A stretch of DNA of 64,000 bases from NCBI GenBank assembly GCA_963797095.1, contig CAWCNY010000004.1, forward strand, positions 64,001 to 128,000, written 5' to 3'. The notes under the pieces are model-generated. The model searched no databases. It was not told the origin of the DNA and saw only the letters and a list, made by a program, of their open reading frames with translations. How positions within the stretch are numbered: the stretch's first letter is position 1; every line of letters begins with the position of its first letter. Below are positions 11,801 to 20,915 of this stretch, one piece after another. Source of the DNA: an uncultured Chloroflexia bacterium. GTDB lineage: Bacteria; Chloroflexota; Chloroflexia; QHBQ01; JADMIH01. The position numbers and the translations under genes are program-made.

Positions 11801-12725
11801 TGTGTATGCGCGGCTGGTAGGAGACCGGCAGCGCGATGTTAATGAGCTTTATACCACACCTGACATACAGACGGCGCTGACTATCATCAGCAAGTACGAC
11901 ATAGACTACATTTACCTGGGGCAACTAGAGCAAGGCTACGTCATGCAACAGGAGCAGACCAACCACATCTCAGCACAAGCCGCGATTGGGAAGTTCGCGC
12001 AAATGGCCGACCCGGAGATAGGCATCTTGAAGCGGGTATGTTGCGACGATCCGCCGGGGGGTGTGGTTGGCACGATTATCTACCAGGTGACACGAGAGAA
12101 GGACAAGGACCCCAAGACGCTGGTTGGCTCGCCTGTTGAGGGTTCAGGGCTGCCCGGCATCTCAATCACGCCATTGCCGACGAGCACACCTGTGCCTCCG
12201 CCCACACCTCCTGTAGACGATCCGCAGCTAAAGGCGCTCATTAATGACGTCACGGCAGATCCCAACAATCGCGACAAGCGGGTCAAGCTCGTCGAGTGGT
12301 ACCGAGACAACGGATATCCGCTAGAGGCTGCCAAGCAGCTTGAGATTCTTGTGCAGCAAAATCCCGCTGATGTTGCACTTCGCCACCAATTGGGGGATAT
12401 GTATAATGCAGCAGGGATGCCCGACGAGGCGCTGAAGGCATGGGAGGACGCACGCGATGTGGCACCTAACAACCCAGACGCGCATAACAAGGTGGGGATT
12501 GCATATCTGGAGCGCAAGAGATACGATGAAGCGCTGCACGAGTTCCAAGAAGCGGTGCAGGTAGATCCGAGCTATGTGGAAGCGTGGTATCACATGGGCG
12601 AAGTCTACGAACGGAAAGGCGACCGCGACGGAGCCAAGAGCGCTTACCAGAGCGTCATTGACAATAGCCGCGAGCCCAATGGCTGGAAAGATGATGCCCA
12701 AAAGAGGCTGGATGCCCTGAAATGA
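8838..12725 (+). CDS. DUF2298 (Chlor_Arch_YYY) membrane protein with C-terminal TPRs; probable C-terminal part of the split gene
   Basis: NPDVWH..GGEKTMEFGFLN, INYYYHG, TINEFPYWSFLYGDLHPH, NSWDFPTY, RMNTVFKFY; TPR repeats at the C-terminus. Confidence 0.85.
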   Translation: MLNPDVWHTVFGGEKTMEFGFLNATLRSPWMPPADPFFAGGYINYYYHGQFIIACLIKLIGIDPAIAFNLGLAIIFALTFLAAASIVYNVVAWSRARRGSLYEVSRVGMTFALLGGILMMVIGNLSTIVQYVWVIFPGTANTLMEWGRNLGFTTEGLAWGARPEFYFWPPSRVITNTINEFPYWSFLYGDLHPHLIDMPFTLMAAAIGVNLALAGRYMLSGVGTGVSRFADLRVRVVSALQWLWGRGGAGVLSFGFTALSLGGLFVTNSWDFPTYAGLLGGAVFIALLLSRKASPTDVDGRILDAPKVDRPLGFRGGLTLTITAFVAVGAVAGLAVLAYLPFFLNFKAFFTRLMPLVDGGLIPGTGTIMHRTTIWEFLGVWGIFLFIALSYLGARLWNFPWRAALADLLGLVPIGRDAAGQPNLSPASPIMYEPEGRRPPGLFFPMRKARRFELALAFSGGSGPANGSSDMYFRAADQTGDDLREAQGADSEATEGDGSVPVETVSEVDEVSLSRTSNSDESAGSSYDAILALVGDREGGGIQDIVRVDDAIDAVGENGRSREVEVVPAPAVNNWVAEAHHEVRRQRVAPVGAASYQPGVIPLWAGFAILAASAALTALQVATGQQVLALLVALIGGLIGTLLSTTRSGAALAGGLLLVVGLIVTLGVEVVYLSDHLAGGDLYRMNTVFKFYVQAWGLIAIGGAIAVYYILYGVRDRTEPEPDVERERVDESPSPDEYDDFDSLHLADHDADRSVHPNGAVESNSHEASRVTVPLPGTHPTTNWLVWSTEDIAGTSIPTTEPADSEATSADGTPTAPLEESIPSLVTRPLQTRSDAQMQEEAREVEYLEEPIPEPVEQALGLLNIRWTASRIVWAAFAILFLLVGFIFPIYGTPSKLKERIQPDTPIGTLSGLSYMQNAVYSTDQAPFPIEMKYDYEGINWLNAHVNGLATIAELPAEYYRAGGMRVASNTGLPMVIGGLHQDEQRADVYARLVGDRQRDVNELYTTPDIQTALTIISKYDIDYIYLGQLEQGYVMQQEQTNHISAQAAIGKFAQMADPEIGILKRVCCDDPPGGVVGTIIYQVTREKDKDPKTLVGSPVEGSGLPGISITPLPTSTPVPPPTPPVDDPQLKALINDVTADPNNRDKRVKLVEWYRDNGYPLEAAKQLEILVQQNPADVALRHQLGDMYNAAGMPDEALKAWEDARDVAPNNPDAHNKVGIAYLERKRYDEALHEFQEAVQVDPSYVEAWYHMGEVYERKGDRDGAKSAYQSVIDNSREPNGWKDDAQKRLDALK

Positions 12726-12803
12726 TGCCATGCTTCGGGAGCGTAGTGCCGCCGAGCGCCCGCGCGGCATATTTATCATAATTAGATGTGTATGCCGAAT
12801 GGC

Positions 12804-12833
12804 TTGACAGGGCATAATTCTATCAACTATAAT
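12804..12833 (+). promoter_or_regulatory. Sigma70-type promoter of the liv operon
   Basis: TTGACA (12804-12809), 18-bp spacer, TATAAT (12828-12833); both hexamers are perfect consensus. Confidence 0.75.
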
Positions 12834-13123
12834 CTGCCTACGCCGACGACCGAGGATATACGGCAACTCCTGACAACTGTCTGAGTCCGTGGGTGTGGAA
12901 AGAGACCACAACGCGCTCCTATGAGAGCAGATGTCTATTCCTTTAGTGGGGAGGTGATTAGCCCCAGAGGACCACGCAAGGTAGCGCATCCACAGTCCAT
13001 TCATGGGGTCCGGGCAACCCTTCATGCGGAATGAACGGCATGATACGTGAGATTAGTCTTCACGTCATGCTGGTAAGGCTACCACAATTGTTACACTGAG
13101 AATTTTGGAGGAGAGTTCAAATT

Positions 13124-14473
13124 ATGAAATCCGCTAAATTTAGATTGACGATTACGTCGCTGATAATGGCAACAAGTATGTTGCTGGCAGCATGCGGCGA
13201 AACGCCAACCGCCACTCCACTACCAGCGCCTACCAATACGGTTGGCACGGCGGCTCAACCCACCGATACGGTGGCGATGGCTGAACCTACAGCCACCACC
13301 GCGATGGCCGAGCCGACCGCCACTACGGGCGGTGGCGAAATGACATTTGAGGGCGACACGATCAAGATCGGTGTTGACCTCCCGACCTCCGGGGCAGATG
13401 CCTCCAGCGGTGTGCCTGCGCGCAACGGAGCAGAGCTTGCTATTGAGCAGGCCAATGCTAATGGTGGCCTCACAATCGGCGGCAAGACGTACAAGATCGA
13501 AATGTATGCGTTGGACGATGCGATTAACGGCGTACACAACCCGGAGCAGGGTGCCAAGAACGCCCAGTCGTTCATTGCCGACCCCGCTGTGCTTGGTGTG
13601 CTCGGCCCGTTCAACTCGAACGTGGCTCGTGCCATGATGCCGATCCTGAATAACGCTGACATGCCGTCTATCAGCCCGTCGAATACCGGCCCGTCGCTCA
13701 CCAAGCCCGAGTACGGCGAGGTAGCGACTCTGCGCCCAACCGGAAAAGTGACTTACTTCCGCGTCTGCGCGACTGACGACCTGCAAGGACCGGCAGCAGC
13801 CGACTTCATGTACGACAAGCTGAACATGCGAAAGATCTATATCCTGGACGACACTGAGACCTACGGCAAGGGCATCGCGGACCAGGTGAATATGCAGTTC
13901 GTTGCCCGTGGCGGCACCGTCATCGCCCAGGAAGGCGTTCCGAAGAACACGACCGACTTCCGCACGATCCTCACCAAGATCGCAGGCACCAATCCCGATG
14001 GCATCTTCTATGGCGGCACCACCTCCAATGGTTTGGGACTGGCCCGCAAGCAGATGGAAGATGTGGGACTTGATATCCCGTTCATGGGCGGTGATGGAAT
14101 TGTTGAGGGTCAATTCGTTACCGATGCCGGCGACAATGGCGACGGAAGCTATGGAACAGTAGCTGCTGTGAACGCCGAGACGCTTCCTGAGGCCAAGGAC
14201 TTCCTTGATGCATATCAGGCCAAGTACAACGAAAAAGTGGGCGCTTACAGTGCACCGATGTTTGATGCTGCCAACATCATGATCGACGCCATCAAGCGCG
14301 CAGGCAGCCTTGACCGCGAATCTGTGCGTCTGGCTCTGCTCGACCTGAAGGAGTGGAACGGCGCTATCGGTACGACGGGGTTCGACGAGAACGGCGACAC
14401 CACCAACAAGTGGATCTCTGTCTACGAAGTTAAGGATGGTGATTGGGCATTCGTAGACCAGAAGAAGTATTAG
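13124..14473 (+). CDS. livK: Branched-chain amino acid ABC substrate-binding lipoprotein
   Basis: Lipobox LLAAC, GPFNS, ISPSNT, FRVCATDDLQG, YGKGIAD. Confidence 0.92.
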   Translation: MKSAKFRLTITSLIMATSMLLAACGETPTATPLPAPTNTVGTAAQPTDTVAMAEPTATTAMAEPTATTGGGEMTFEGDTIKIGVDLPTSGADASSGVPARNGAELAIEQANANGGLTIGGKTYKIEMYALDDAINGVHNPEQGAKNAQSFIADPAVLGVLGPFNSNVARAMMPILNNADMPSISPSNTGPSLTKPEYGEVATLRPTGKVTYFRVCATDDLQGPAAADFMYDKLNMRKIYILDDTETYGKGIADQVNMQFVARGGTVIAQEGVPKNTTDFRTILTKIAGTNPDGIFYGGTTSNGLGLARKQMEDVGLDIPFMGGDGIVEGQFVTDAGDNGDGSYGTVAAVNAETLPEAKDFLDAYQAKYNEKVGAYSAPMFDAANIMIDAIKRAGSLDRESVRLALLDLKEWNGAIGTTGFDENGDTTNKWISVYEVKDGDWAFVDQKKY

Positions 14474-14543
14474 TCTCGCCGAGAATCTGGCTCTGATGCC
14501 TTGTCGGTGGGTCTACCACAAGGTAGGCAAAACCAGTCAAATG

Positions 14544-14572
14544 TACAGAGCGGGCTTATCGCCCGCTCTGTA
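14544..14572 (+). terminator. Intercistronic hairpin after livK (mRNA stabiliser or partial terminator)
   Basis: TACAGAGCGGGC-TTATC-GCCCGCTCTGTA, a perfect 12-bp stem. Confidence 0.6.
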
Positions 14573-14669
14573 TATCCGTTAATCGCTTTACCGTTCTTCG
14601 GGCCTGGTCTGGAGTGGGGGGAAAGTGAACACCCAGCGCATATTTCAGAGCTAGAGGAGCCACTCACTA

Positions 14670-15656
14670 ATGGAATTCTTCACAGATTTCTGGAATTGTA
14701 TCACTCAAGGTGGCGTGACCCAATTGCTTCAGCAGTTGGTTAATGGCCTAGCCAAAGGATCGATCTATTCGCTAATTGCACTCGGCTACACGATGGTGTA
14801 CGGTATCGTCGAGTTAATTAACTTCGCGCACGGCGATCTATTCATGCTTGGTTCGTTCATTGCGCTGACGCTTCTCACTCTTTTAGGGATAACAGGTTTG
14901 GTGGGCGGTGGGACGTTAGCAGTCATTGGCGTACTTGCTCTGGTGTTTGTTGTTACGATGTTGATCACGGGGGTGCTGGGCGTAGTGGTTGAACGGGTTG
15001 CCTATAAGCCGCTGCGAAATGCGCCGAGGGTAGCTCCGCTGATATCGGCAATAGGCATGTCATTCATATTGCAGAACATTGGGCAGATATGGAAGGGTCC
15101 TTCGCCCGTTAATTTTCCCAGCATATTTAAAAATCAGTTCGTAAGAGTGGAATGGCTCGGCGGGATCAGACTTGGTCTCAAAGATGGTTTCGTAATTGTG
15201 ATTGCCCTTCTCCTCATGGTAGCCTTAACCTTTTTTGTCCAACGAACCAAGCTCGGGAAAGCAATGCGCGCAACCGCACAAGACTATGATACTTCAGCTA
15301 TCGTGGGGATTAACGTAAACGCGACGATTAGTCTGACTTTCTTAATCGGCGCGATGCTGGCGGGCGCTGCCGGTCTTATATACGGCATTTATTTTGGGAG
15401 CGTTTGGTTCGTCCAGGGGTATCAGGCCGGGCTTAAGGCTTTCACCTCCGCTGTACTCGGGGGCATCGGCAATATACCCGGCGCTATGCTCGGTGGTCTG
15501 TTAATCGGGTTGACCGAGGCTATGAGCGACCAGTACGGCGGATGTATAGGGCTGGGAACGCAGTGGACCAACGCCGTGGTATTCGCGGTGCTCATTTTGA
15601 TACTTGTTTTCCGGCCATCAGGCATCCTGGGCCAGCAGGTTCCGGAAAAGGCATAG
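14670..15656 (+). CDS. livH: Branched-chain amino acid ABC permease
   Basis: GSIYSLIALGYTMVYGIVELINFAHG; KAFTSAVLGGIG. Confidence 0.95.
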   Translation: MEFFTDFWNCITQGGVTQLLQQLVNGLAKGSIYSLIALGYTMVYGIVELINFAHGDLFMLGSFIALTLLTLLGITGLVGGGTLAVIGVLALVFVVTMLITGVLGVVVERVAYKPLRNAPRVAPLISAIGMSFILQNIGQIWKGPSPVNFPSIFKNQFVRVEWLGGIRLGLKDGFVIVIALLLMVALTFFVQRTKLGKAMRATAQDYDTSAIVGINVNATISLTFLIGAMLAGAAGLIYGIYFGSVWFVQGYQAGLKAFTSAVLGGIGNIPGAMLGGLLIGLTEAMSDQYGGCIGLGTQWTNAVVFAVLILILVFRPSGILGQQVPEKA

Positions 15657-15673
15657 AGGATAGAGGAGCAGAT

Positions 15674-16894
15674 ATGATCTCGAACGCCAAACCTGGCACA
15701 AGTTCGCCGCCCAGTGCCGCTTCTCCGAAGACAGCACGCCGATCCTCCATGGCATTAAGATCAGCAATCCTCAGCGTTGGAGTAGTCGTGCTGGCCTTGA
15801 TCTATCCGTTGTTTGACACGACGGGGCTCGGTGTGCACCCTGACGTTGCTATCAGTACGCTGGCTGACGCCGGTGTATATATTATGCTGGCACTTGGCCT
15901 GAACATAGTAATCGGCTATGCCGGGCTGCTGGACCTCGGGTATGCGGCATTCTTCGCGATTGGCTCTTACGCGTATGCTTTGCTGGCCTCACCGCGTTTT
16001 GGGATACACCTGTCTTTCTGGCTGATTATTGGCATAGCAGCTTTGGTAGCGGCATTCTTTGGGGCGGTGCTTGGCGCCCCAACCTTGCGATTAAGAGGCG
16101 ACTATCTTGCCATTGTGACGCTGGGGTTCGGTGAAATAGTGCCCACGATATTCTTGAATGCGGAGACCGTTACAGGCGGTACAAATGGAATATCAGGAGT
16201 TGACAAGCCGATATTGGGCATTCCAGGCACGAACATAGGCTTCGCGTTCGCCTTCGACCCGCGACCATATTACTATCTCGTGATCATAATGCTGGTGTTG
16301 ATTGTAATAGCGATCAGCCGCCTGAGGGACTCGAGGATTGGCCGGGCATGGATGGCTATTCGTGAGGATGAACTGGCAGCATCGGCAATGGGTATCGACA
16401 CTGTGAGGACGAAACTGCTTGCATTTTCCCTGGGCGCGGCGTTCTCTGGCTTTGCAGGCAGCGTTTACGCGTCAAAACTTGGGTTTATCGGCCCACAACA
16501 GTTCGACTTCAATGTATCAGTATTCATATTGTGTATGATCATCCTGGGGGGCATGGGCACTATCCGTGGAGTGATCGTAGGTGCGATTGTGTTGTATGTG
16601 ATGCAGAGCTATGTACTGACACAATTGCCGAGTTTTCTCAAATCATTCGGAGAGGCAAACAAGATCGCTTTCTTTCAGCAGACGGACTTCTCCGGGTTGC
16701 GCTATCTCCTTTACGGGATCGCACTGGTGGCGATGATGCTCCTACGACCAGAGGGATTGTTGCCGAGCGAGAGACGGCGGGCAGAATTGCACCCGGAGAC
16801 GGCTGAGCTAGCAGTACGCGAAAGCGAATCTGAACTTTATGAGGTAAGAGAAGGTATCATACAAGAGCCGGACACAAAGGGAGGCGAAGGATAG
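15674..16894 (+). CDS. livM: Branched-chain amino acid ABC permease
   Basis: LGLNIVIGYAGLLDLGY, LRLRGDYLAIVTLGFGEI. Start at ATG 15674 after GAGGAG. Confidence 0.95.
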   Translation: MISNAKPGTSSPPSAASPKTARRSSMALRSAILSVGVVVLALIYPLFDTTGLGVHPDVAISTLADAGVYIMLALGLNIVIGYAGLLDLGYAAFFAIGSYAYALLASPRFGIHLSFWLIIGIAALVAAFFGAVLGAPTLRLRGDYLAIVTLGFGEIVPTIFLNAETVTGGTNGISGVDKPILGIPGTNIGFAFAFDPRPYYYLVIIMLVLIVIAISRLRDSRIGRAWMAIREDELAASAMGIDTVRTKLLAFSLGAAFSGFAGSVYASKLGFIGPQQFDFNVSVFILCMIILGGMGTIRGVIVGAIVLYVMQSYVLTQLPSFLKSFGEANKIAFFQQTDFSGLRYLLYGIALVAMMLLRPEGLLPSERRRAELHPETAELAVRESESELYEVREGIIQEPDTKGGEG

Positions 16895-16898
16895 TATC

Positions 16899-17771
16899 AT
16901 GCAGAGCACCCCCCCGACCACCGACACCACCAGGTCCGGCACGGTTCCAGAGACCGCCCCTGCTCCGGCTCCTGTGACATTGAATGATACAAGTCCAGGC
17001 AGCAAGATACTCTTGCGCGCCAACCAAGTTACCAAGCAGTTCGGCGGACTTACAGCAGTTAATAAGGTGGATTTCACAATTCCTCGCGGGGCAATCGTCA
17101 GTCTTATCGGCCCGAACGGCGCAGGCAAGACCACTTTCTTTAACACGATCACAGGTCTTTACAAGCCAACGAGCGGATCGCTTTACTTCAATGGTAACGA
17201 TATCACCGGCCGTTCACCATCAACCATAACTGCCATGGGCATCGCTCGTACTTTTCAGAATATACGGCTGTTCGCGAACATGTCGGCGCTGGAGAACGTG
17301 CTCGTCGGCCAGCATAGCAGGTTGAAATCGGGCGTGTTCGGTAGCGTGCTGAGGCTGCCCACGGTACGTGCAGAAGAGGTGCGGGCGCACGACCGCGCAA
17401 TGGATTTGTTGAAGCTAGTGGGTCTCGACAAGCTATCTGAGGAAACCTCGAAGAACCTGCCTTATGGGGATCAGCGGAGGTTGGAGATCGCGAGGGCCCT
17501 TGGGAGCGACCCCAAGCTACTGCTCCTGGACGAACCGACCGCAGGAATGAACCCAAACGAGACCGGTCAACTCATTGACTTTATCCGCCAGCTCCGGGGG
17601 GCACTGGACCTGACAATCTTGCTGATCGAGCATGACATGAAGGTGGTCATGGGCTTGTCGGAGCGAATCACGGTGCTGGATTACGGGCAGAAGATCGCAG
17701 AGGGTCCGCCCGAAGAGGTTCGAGCGAACCCACGCGTGATAGAGGCATATCTTGGTAAGGCCGCTGGATAG
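16899..17771 (+). CDS. livG: Branched-chain amino acid ABC ATPase
   Basis: GPNGAGKT, LPYGDQRRLEIARAL, LLLDEP, VIEAYLG. Confidence 0.95.
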   Translation: MQSTPPTTDTTRSGTVPETAPAPAPVTLNDTSPGSKILLRANQVTKQFGGLTAVNKVDFTIPRGAIVSLIGPNGAGKTTFFNTITGLYKPTSGSLYFNGNDITGRSPSTITAMGIARTFQNIRLFANMSALENVLVGQHSRLKSGVFGSVLRLPTVRAEEVRAHDRAMDLLKLVGLDKLSEETSKNLPYGDQRRLEIARALGSDPKLLLLDEPTAGMNPNETGQLIDFIRQLRGALDLTILLIEHDMKVVMGLSERITVLDYGQKIAEGPPEEVRANPRVIEAYLGKAAG

Positions 17772-17826
17772 GTGTAAGTCGGGCTACCCAGGAGTTGATT
17801 GGCATAGGGACGCATGAGGATAGAAG

Positions 17827-18540
17827 ATGGCACTACTTGAGGTTGACGGCATAGAAGCTTTCTATGGCAACATACGCGCGCTTAAGGGCGTATCGCTGAC
17901 GGTTGACCAGGGAGAGATCGTGACTTTGATCGGCAGCAATGGGGCGGGCAAGACTACAACGTTGCGCGCGATCTCAGGCATAGTGCGGCCAAAGAGGGGG
18001 CAGGTGAGGCTCGCAGGAAAGCGGATCGACAACCTGGCACCAGAAAATATGGTGCGGCTTGGGATCGCCCACTCTCCGGAGGGGCGGCGAATTTTCAGTC
18101 GAATGTCTGTGCAAGAAAACCTGGAGATGGGTGCATTTTCGAGAAAGGATCGGGCAGGCATAGCCAACGACCTTGAGCGAGTGCTCAACATATTCCCCAG
18201 ACTGCGCGAGCGTTTAACCCAAAAAGGTGGCACACTGTCAGGTGGGGAGCAGCAAATGCTTGCCATAGGGCGCGCCTTGATGTCCAAGCCACGAATCTTG
18301 CTCCTTGATGAGCCGTCTATGGGGCTTTCGCCAATCCTTGTGGAGACCATTTTCAACATAATTCGAGAGTTGAACAAGGACGGCTCGACCATTCTACTTG
18401 TGGAGCAGAATGCTTTGCAGGCCCTACAGGTGGCACATCGGGGCTATGTAATAGAGACAGGCTCGATTGTGCTTGAGGATACGGGGGCGAACTTACTACA
18501 GAGCGAGAAGGTAAGGAAGGCTTACCTGGGGGAAGAGTAA
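17827..18540 (+). CDS. livF: Branched-chain amino acid ABC ATPase
   Basis: GSNGAGKT, LSGGEQQMLAIGRALM, VRKAYLG. Confidence 0.95.
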   Translation: MALLEVDGIEAFYGNIRALKGVSLTVDQGEIVTLIGSNGAGKTTTLRAISGIVRPKRGQVRLAGKRIDNLAPENMVRLGIAHSPEGRRIFSRMSVQENLEMGAFSRKDRAGIANDLERVLNIFPRLRERLTQKGGTLSGGEQQMLAIGRALMSKPRILLLDEPSMGLSPILVETIFNIIRELNKDGSTILLVEQNALQALQVAHRGYVIETGSIVLEDTGANLLQSEKVRKAYLGEE

Positions 18541-18552
18541 CGAGCGTTTGGC

Positions 18553-19779
18553 GTGGTAGGATCAATCTTCAAGAGGATTCAATTGCTGGCAGCCCTGGTG
18601 CTTGCGCTGGGGCTGTTTGCATGTGACGAGTTGAACAGTACTCCCAAGCCTGCAATTCCAAACATGGTTCGGATCGTATCTTCCCTCCCATTGAAGGGCA
18701 ATACAGCCGCACCGTCGAGGCAGATGGAGCAAGCAATCCGCCTGGCAATTGATGAGCAGAAGCCCACACTTGCGGGACTTGATATAGAGTATTTGGAGCT
18801 AGACGATTTGGATGACGAAACGGGCGAGTGGTCAAGCGCAAAAGAGGCGGCAAATGCGAAGCAGGCAGCGGATGATCCAAGCGTAATAGCCTATATGGGC
18901 CCCTACAATTCAGGGGCGGTGATGATCTCGCTGCCGGTGACCAACCGAGCAGGAATGCTACAGGTTAGCCCCAGCGCTACATGGCCGGGGCTCACGAGGG
19001 GGGGATTTGACCGCGGCGAACCCGACAAGTACTATCCCACAGGAATGCGGAACTTTGTCAGCAAGATGCCCGACAACTCCTTACAGGGGCGGGTTGCGGC
19101 ACTTTGGGCCTTAGCACTAGGCATAAAGGAGGCGGTGGTGCTAAGTGATGGGTCAACTTATAGTTCGGGCCTCGCGGACAGTTTTGAGCAATATGGAGTT
19201 GGGATGACCACATTGCGGCTGGAGATCGATCCAACCAGTTTGGGTGGGTTTTCAACTCAAGTTGCGAGCGCCGAGGCGATCTTCTACGCCCCTTCGTCGG
19301 TGTCGAATGCCCTGGCGGTGGCGCGCGCACTGAATGGTGTGCAAGTTCAGGTATTTGCTTCGGATGTGGCTCTAGACCCGCAGTTCGGTTACGGAGCGGG
19401 AACGGGGATATCGCGCTGGCATATCGTGTCGAACAGCGTGCCAGGCGATCAGCTTTTTGGTGCGTCATCAGGACCTGGGGCGAGTTTCAAGGCCGCCTTT
19501 GAGAACGCTTATGGTGACACGCCGGGCCAGTTCGCCGTGAACGCTTACGATATTACCAACCGTATTTTGAACGCCCTGGAGTCGCCAGACAACGGCAATC
19601 CAACCGCGCTCCCGGACCGCGCATCGGTACTCAAGTATGTGCTTTCGACCGAAGGCTTAGGTGCGGGAGGCACAATCAAGTTCACATCGGAAGGAATCCC
19701 GGCGTACTGGCGTATGAGCGGATACGAGTGGCGCGACGGGGGCTTCAAGTTTTCGAGAATATTCGAAGTTGGCCCGTGA
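18553..19779 (+). CDS. Second LivK-like substrate-binding lipoprotein
   Basis: Lipobox LFAC, IVSSLPL, YMGPYNSG, QVSPSATWPGLT, YYPTGMRNF. Confidence 0.85.
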   Translation: MVGSIFKRIQLLAALVLALGLFACDELNSTPKPAIPNMVRIVSSLPLKGNTAAPSRQMEQAIRLAIDEQKPTLAGLDIEYLELDDLDDETGEWSSAKEAANAKQAADDPSVIAYMGPYNSGAVMISLPVTNRAGMLQVSPSATWPGLTRGGFDRGEPDKYYPTGMRNFVSKMPDNSLQGRVAALWALALGIKEAVVLSDGSTYSSGLADSFEQYGVGMTTLRLEIDPTSLGGFSTQVASAEAIFYAPSSVSNALAVARALNGVQVQVFASDVALDPQFGYGAGTGISRWHIVSNSVPGDQLFGASSGPGASFKAAFENAYGDTPGQFAVNAYDITNRILNALESPDNGNPTALPDRASVLKYVLSTEGLGAGGTIKFTSEGIPAYWRMSGYEWRDGGFKFSRIFEVGP

Positions 19780-20043
19780 TCAGGACGTTTCTTCAGAATC
19801 CTCGCTGCTATCGAGGGAGGCGTGGAGACGGGCGATCTTGTCGCGCAACTCGGTCAGGTTGGTAATCTTTGCCTCGTCGATACGGTCCTGTATCTCACCT
19901 GGCAGATCGGCAGATTTCAGGTCGACATCCCAACCTCCTTCTTCAAGCTCTTCCAAGAGGCTTTCGAGGTCTTCCAATTCGACCAGCAACTCGTAGTGGG
20001 GCGTTAATTGCTCATTATCGCGTGAGTGACCAAGCGTATCCAT
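19780..20043 (-). CDS. Small acidic hypothetical protein
   Basis: 87-aa acidic helical ORF with AGGAGG SD; last gene of the uvrC run. Confidence 0.7.
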   Translation of the reverse strand: MDTLGHSRDNEQLTPHYELLVELEDLESLLEELEEGGWDVDLKSADLPGEIQDRIDEAKITNLTELRDKIARLHASLDSSEDSEETS

Positions 20044-20055
20044 GTACTGTTCCTC

Positions 20056-20913
20056 CTATTCTACCATGAGGAAGGCAGAGGCGAAGATGGCTATCATTCC
20101 AAGCCCTGCAACCACTCCGAATTCGAGTAGCATTGGCCTGCTCAAAGTATGGTCGACATAGTGCGATAATACTCCGTACAGAACATAGAATACAACGAGG
20201 AGAAAAGCCCCGCCGATAAGGGTAGTGAGCGCAGCCCAATAGTTGAGGCCCCAGGTAAGCTCACCTACGACAAGCCCTGCTACCAGCGACAGGAGGGCCA
20301 CAGTAGAACGCCCCCCCTCAACGGGCAAATTCATGGCTTTGTGCCAGGCGGCATCGCGAGAAAGCAACTCATAGATCAGCAGGAAGGCTACTGCGCCCGT
20401 AGCGGACGCTGAGTAGAGGGATCGCAGTTTCAAACCGTATATGGTGCTGAAAAGGAGAAACGCGCTTACATGCGCGGCGACATTTAGCGCAGTTTGGGCA
20501 AGCCCGAAATAATGGTCGCCGATCTGGCTTCCATGAGCTTGTCCCCAGTAAACTGCGGCAAAACTGGCCGCTGCCACTGCCAGCACGGCCACCTGGGCAA
20601 GACCGCTCTCGAAGAGCAAGAGGAAGAGCACAAAAGCAGGGGCGAGGAGACCGGGCAGTAGCGTTTCAAGGGGCAGCGGCAACAACCAGAGCCTGCCGAG
20701 GGCCAGTCTGTCGCCGGATGCATTGCTCTCTTGCACCACCCACATAGCCCCTGCGGAAGCGACAATGGTGAGGGCGACGGCCATCACCCAGAGGAGAGGC
20801 TGGGAGTCTGTGCCACCTGATCCCAGAATGCCGCGACTCACCGCCAGAACGAGCGCAAGGCCAACCACCAGAATTGAGGTCAAGACAAAGACTCGCTCAG
20901 TGCGGTAGCCCAC
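20056..20913 (-). CDS. Multi-TM membrane protein (DUF5656-like)
   Basis: About 8 TM helices, GELTWGLNYW motif; family name from recollection only. Confidence 0.65.
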   Translation of the reverse strand: MGYRTERVFVLTSILVVGLALVLAVSRGILGSGGTDSQPLLWVMAVALTIVASAGAMWVVQESNASGDRLALGRLWLLPLPLETLLPGLLAPAFVLFLLLFESGLAQVAVLAVAAASFAAVYWGQAHGSQIGDHYFGLAQTALNVAAHVSAFLLFSTIYGLKLRSLYSASATGAVAFLLIYELLSRDAAWHKAMNLPVEGGRSTVALLSLVAGLVVGELTWGLNYWAALTTLIGGAFLLVVFYVLYGVLSHYVDHTLSRPMLLEFGVVAGLGMIAIFASAFLMVE

Positions 20914-20915
20914 AG

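Noticed and set aside
12890-12930. Glycine riboswitch or T-box in the liv leader
   Set aside because: GGAAAGAGAC is present, but the CCGAAG and CTCTCAGG elements and the T-box GGTGGNACCGCG are absent.
12321-14113. Long antisense ORFs (12321-13025 and 13220-14113; also 55295-56071 and 59516-60394)
   Set aside because: They shadow well-supported genes on the other strand, have no motifs, and are expected in GC-rich DNA.
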